DNA from: a virus
Reading direction: 5' to 3' (one strand)
Virus record (IMG/VR): IMGVR_UViG_3300009431_000004
DNA length: 64,000 nucleotides
Both the position numbers and the translations under genes were made by a program. This document shows positions 61,517 through 64,000 of this stretch, piece after piece; within the stretch, counting starts at the first letter, position 1, and the number at the start of each line of letters is the position of its first letter. The notes under the pieces were generated by a model. It was not told the origin of the DNA and made no database searches. It saw nothing but the letters and a program-made list of their open reading frames with translations.

Positions 61517-64000
61517 TCCCGCCTCTCAGGGCTGCGGTCGTTCGGGTGAGGGGCGACCTGAACCAAGGCCGGGTTCGGGGTTTCCTGAGTGAAAGCCCGA
61601 ACCATGGGCCGTCCATCAATGCGGTAGCGGTCTGCCGCCGCGTACCCCTCGCCATACCCTGACGGCCCGATGAGTCCCCGGAGGAGGATGCCGTCCTCCT
61701 GCTCGCCGGGGTGTCCCAGAATCCCGTAGGTGAGAACGACCATCTGGATTTCGTCGCCGTCGGACACCTTGTAGGGTCCGCCCGCCGGGTTCGCTTCCTC
61801 GTAGAAGTTCCGCACCAGCATGGCCCGGCAGGCCAGCACGCCGCCCTTGAGGACGGGCAGGCTTGCCGCCGGGAAGGTGTCGGACACCCAGTCGATGGGT
61901 CCACCGGGATTGTCCCCGGACAGAATGTAGGCCGAGCCTCCTCCACGGAAGATGCGGAAGCGTCTCGAACCCGTCGGGGTTGCCTCTGTCCACGCCGCGA
62001 AGCTGGACACCGAGACAGAGCCGTCGGCCAACGCGATGAGTTCGCCCGGTTCGCCCATCGAGCGCGTGTACTCCACGCCGCCCGTGGTGAGCGGTATCTG
62101 GGTCTGGACCGGCCTTGGGCCAGCCGGACGTGCGTTCATCGCCGTGGCGTTGTCCCGCAGCGGGTTCTCACAGATGAAGTCGCTGTCCTGCAAGAGGACA
62201 CCCATGGGCAGACGTTCGGTCATGCCCGTGAGGGAGAGTTGGCTCGTGCCTTCACCCCCGTTCATCGGGATGTCCTCTCCGCCTTGGAGGTGGCCGAAGG
62301 TGGTCAGCCCGGTGTACGGGAGCTGGTTCGGCCACTCGGTCATGACCGTGATGTAGTGGGCCATCGTGTCCGGGAACACACCTTCAGACCGCACCTCGAC
62401 CGAGATTCCGTTGCCTTCGGCTCCTGTCGGCACAGCCCGGAGAGTGACCTTGGCATCCCCGGCATCGTTCTCGCCCCAGAGCGTCTGGTACAGGTCCGGG
62501 TGCTGCCAGATGAGGTCGTTGAGGTTCCGCATGGTCCCCGCGATGTTCTCCTCGCGGTGAATGACTGTCACTTCGAGGTCGTAGTTGTTCAAGTTCACCC
62601 GTCGGGTCGCCTGTTCGGACTCCTTCAGGATGCAAATGTGGAAGGTCTGGTCTGGCCGCCCTGCGCTGACTACAGCCGCATTCGTGAGGTTGTGAACCAC
62701 GAGGGTCACTTCGTCAGTGCCGGGGTTGGTCACGGATGCCGTGAACACCAGACCGTCCGCCAGAGTCCCCGTCTGGGGGTCTGCAACGATGAGAGCCGTG
62801 TTGGCTTCGGCCCCGATTCCCGTGATGGTGGTGGTCCCGACCACGGAAGACCCGACTGGAATGTTGCCCGGAGCGGGGAAGATGAGACTGAGGTCGAAGT
62901 TCTGGTCGAACACGGAGTCGTAGACGCTGACCTCCTGCTCGAAGGCACAGCCCCAACGATTGACCATGTAGATGCTGACACCCCCGGCCCCGGCCCGCCC
63001 GACGAAGTACATATCATCCAGCGTTGCGACACGGGGGTTGACGATGACGGCATCCCCGACTGCCGCGTTGGCCAGTTCGCCCGTGGCGGTCCCCACCATC
63101 AGAACTTGGCCCGGCTCAACAGTTGTGGGACCGGCAATGTTGACCGTCTCCTTGTAGGTCGTCAGTTTCCCGAACTCGTCCACGAGGAAGATGTTGCCCG
63201 CAGGTACGTTGTAGGGCGCAGCAGTCAGGACCGCCACGTTGTCCGGGGTCGAGGCGTAGAGGTCCACGGCTGTCCCGTCGAGCTTGTTGATGCGGACGAT
63301 GAGGTATTGGGTGTCGGACGGGTTCCACCCCTCTGTCCAGCCCTGAAGACCGATGGATGCCCGGTTGGGGTTCGTCACCTGCCCCTCGGTGTATGCCCTC
63401 GGCAGAATGCGCCACGCCGGGGAGTCCGTCGCGTCCGGGGCGCGGTAGTCGGGCAGCCCGTTGGCACTCTGCATCTCGGTGTACCCGATGTCGAGGGAGG
63501 TGCCGGGGCGCATGATGCCCCCGATTTTCCCGGTCCCCATCGTGGTGTAGAAGTCCATCGTCGCCAGAACCTCGAAGGCGCGGGCGTTCGGAATTTCCGG
63601 GACGAAGTTGCCGTTCGAGTCGTACTGCTGGATGACCGTCTCCACGGCCCACTGGTGCGACATGGCGAGCTGGCCATAGCGATGCTCGTAGTCGGAGTTG
63701 GTCTTGGCGTCGCCGGAGCGGGTCATGTAGGGGTCGCCCTGATAGACCGTCCGGTCGTAGGCGGCGTAGCACTGGTGGTTGTACCCGGCAGCCGTGGGTA
63801 CGACCATGTGAACGCCCTCGATTTCCATGTCCGTGCCGTCGATGTTCGGAGGAGTCCCTGCGCCGTTGAAGTGGCGCACGAGGACGTAGTTGTTCTCGTC
63901 GATGAAGCCATGGGCGAAGCCGAAGATGGTCGCCTCGACCACGTAGTCGTAGTCCTCGAACTCATCGCCGTCCGCGTACTGAAGGGCGCGGGTGATGTCG
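61513..64000 (-). CDS. large putative virion structural protein (5' part outside the window)
   Basis: Open frame of more than 800 aa, Gly/Thr/Val/Pro-rich and beta-like; frame appears open to the window edge. Confidence 0.65.
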   Translation of the reverse strand, partial: DITRALQYADGDEFEDYDYVVEATIFGFAHGFIDENNYVLVRHFNGAGTPPNIDGTDMEIEGVHMVVPTAAGYNHQCYAAYDRTVYQGDPYMTRSGDAKTNSDYEHRYGQLAMSHQWAVETVIQQYDSNGNFVPEIPNARAFEVLATMDFYTTMGTGKIGGIMRPGTSLDIGYTEMQSANGLPDYRAPDATDSPAWRILPRAYTEGQVTNPNRASIGLQGWTEGWNPSDTQYLIVRINKLDGTAVDLYASTPDNVAVLTAAPYNVPAGNIFLVDEFGKLTTYKETVNIAGPTTVEPGQVLMVGTATGELANAAVGDAVIVNPRVATLDDMYFVGRAGAGGVSIYMVNRWGCAFEQEVSVYDSVFDQNFDLSLIFPAPGNIPVGSSVVGTTTITGIGAEANTALIVADPQTGTLADGLVFTASVTNPGTDEVTLVVHNLTNAAVVSAGRPDQTFHICILKESEQATRRVNLNNYDLEVTVIHREENIAGTMRNLNDLIWQHPDLYQTLWGENDAGDAKVTLRAVPTGAEGNGISVEVRSEGVFPDTMAHYITVMTEWPNQLPYTGLTTFGHLQGGEDIPMNGGEGTSQLSLTGMTERLPMGVLLQDSDFICENPLRDNATAMNARPAGPRPVQTQIPLTTGGVEYTRSMGEPGELIALADGSVSVSSFAAWTEATPTGSRRFRIFRGGGSAYILSGDNPGGPIDWVSDTFPAASLPVLKGGVLACRAMLVRNFYEEANPAGGPYKVSDGDEIQMVVLTYGILGHPGEQEDGILLRGLIGPSGYGEGYAAADRYRIDGRPMVRAFTQETPNPALVQVAPHPNDRSPERRE

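Noticed and set aside
1-64000. CRISPR array, tRNA or rRNA genes
   Set aside because: No regularly spaced repeats, cloverleaf or rRNA-like segments were seen by eye. tRNAscan/Infernal were not run.

Overview
This window looks like part of a large, high-GC dsDNA (jumbo-type) phage genome rather than a bacterial chromosome. It is densely packed with short hypothetical genes and shows no rRNA, tRNA, CRISPR array or housekeeping operon. Recognisable genes: family-4 UDG, three nucleoside/nucleotide kinases (tmk, tdk, dNK), family-A DNA polymerase, stand-alone primase Zn finger, DnaB-like helicase, SNF2 and UvrD helicases (each with an intein), a DEDDh exonuclease, two DNA methyltransferases, a complete three-gene two-component system, an ADP-ribose/alarmone cluster, and the 3' part of a large virion-type protein. 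Structure found by reading the sequence: (1) three classes of recurrent upstream motif, GGGGCTTAG-N13-GAGT[ATG]G (12 copies), GGGTA[AG] and TAG-N5-CTAT, which sort genes into early-, middle- and late-like sets, plus one perfect sigma-54 promoter; (2) a recurring R-V-A-x-R-[YFW] peptide in unrelated proteins behind the late-like motif, a candidate capsid-packaging signal; (3) endonuclease cassettes that insert into the 5' conserved motif of a gene and supply a recoded replacement 5' end, clearest at 57075-59240 with two weaker cases; (4) a C5 methyltransferase with a second polypeptide nested in an alternative frame. All products were called by eye from motifs. No database search was run, and the host assignment (possibly Myxococcota or another deltaproteobacterial lineage) is only inference.
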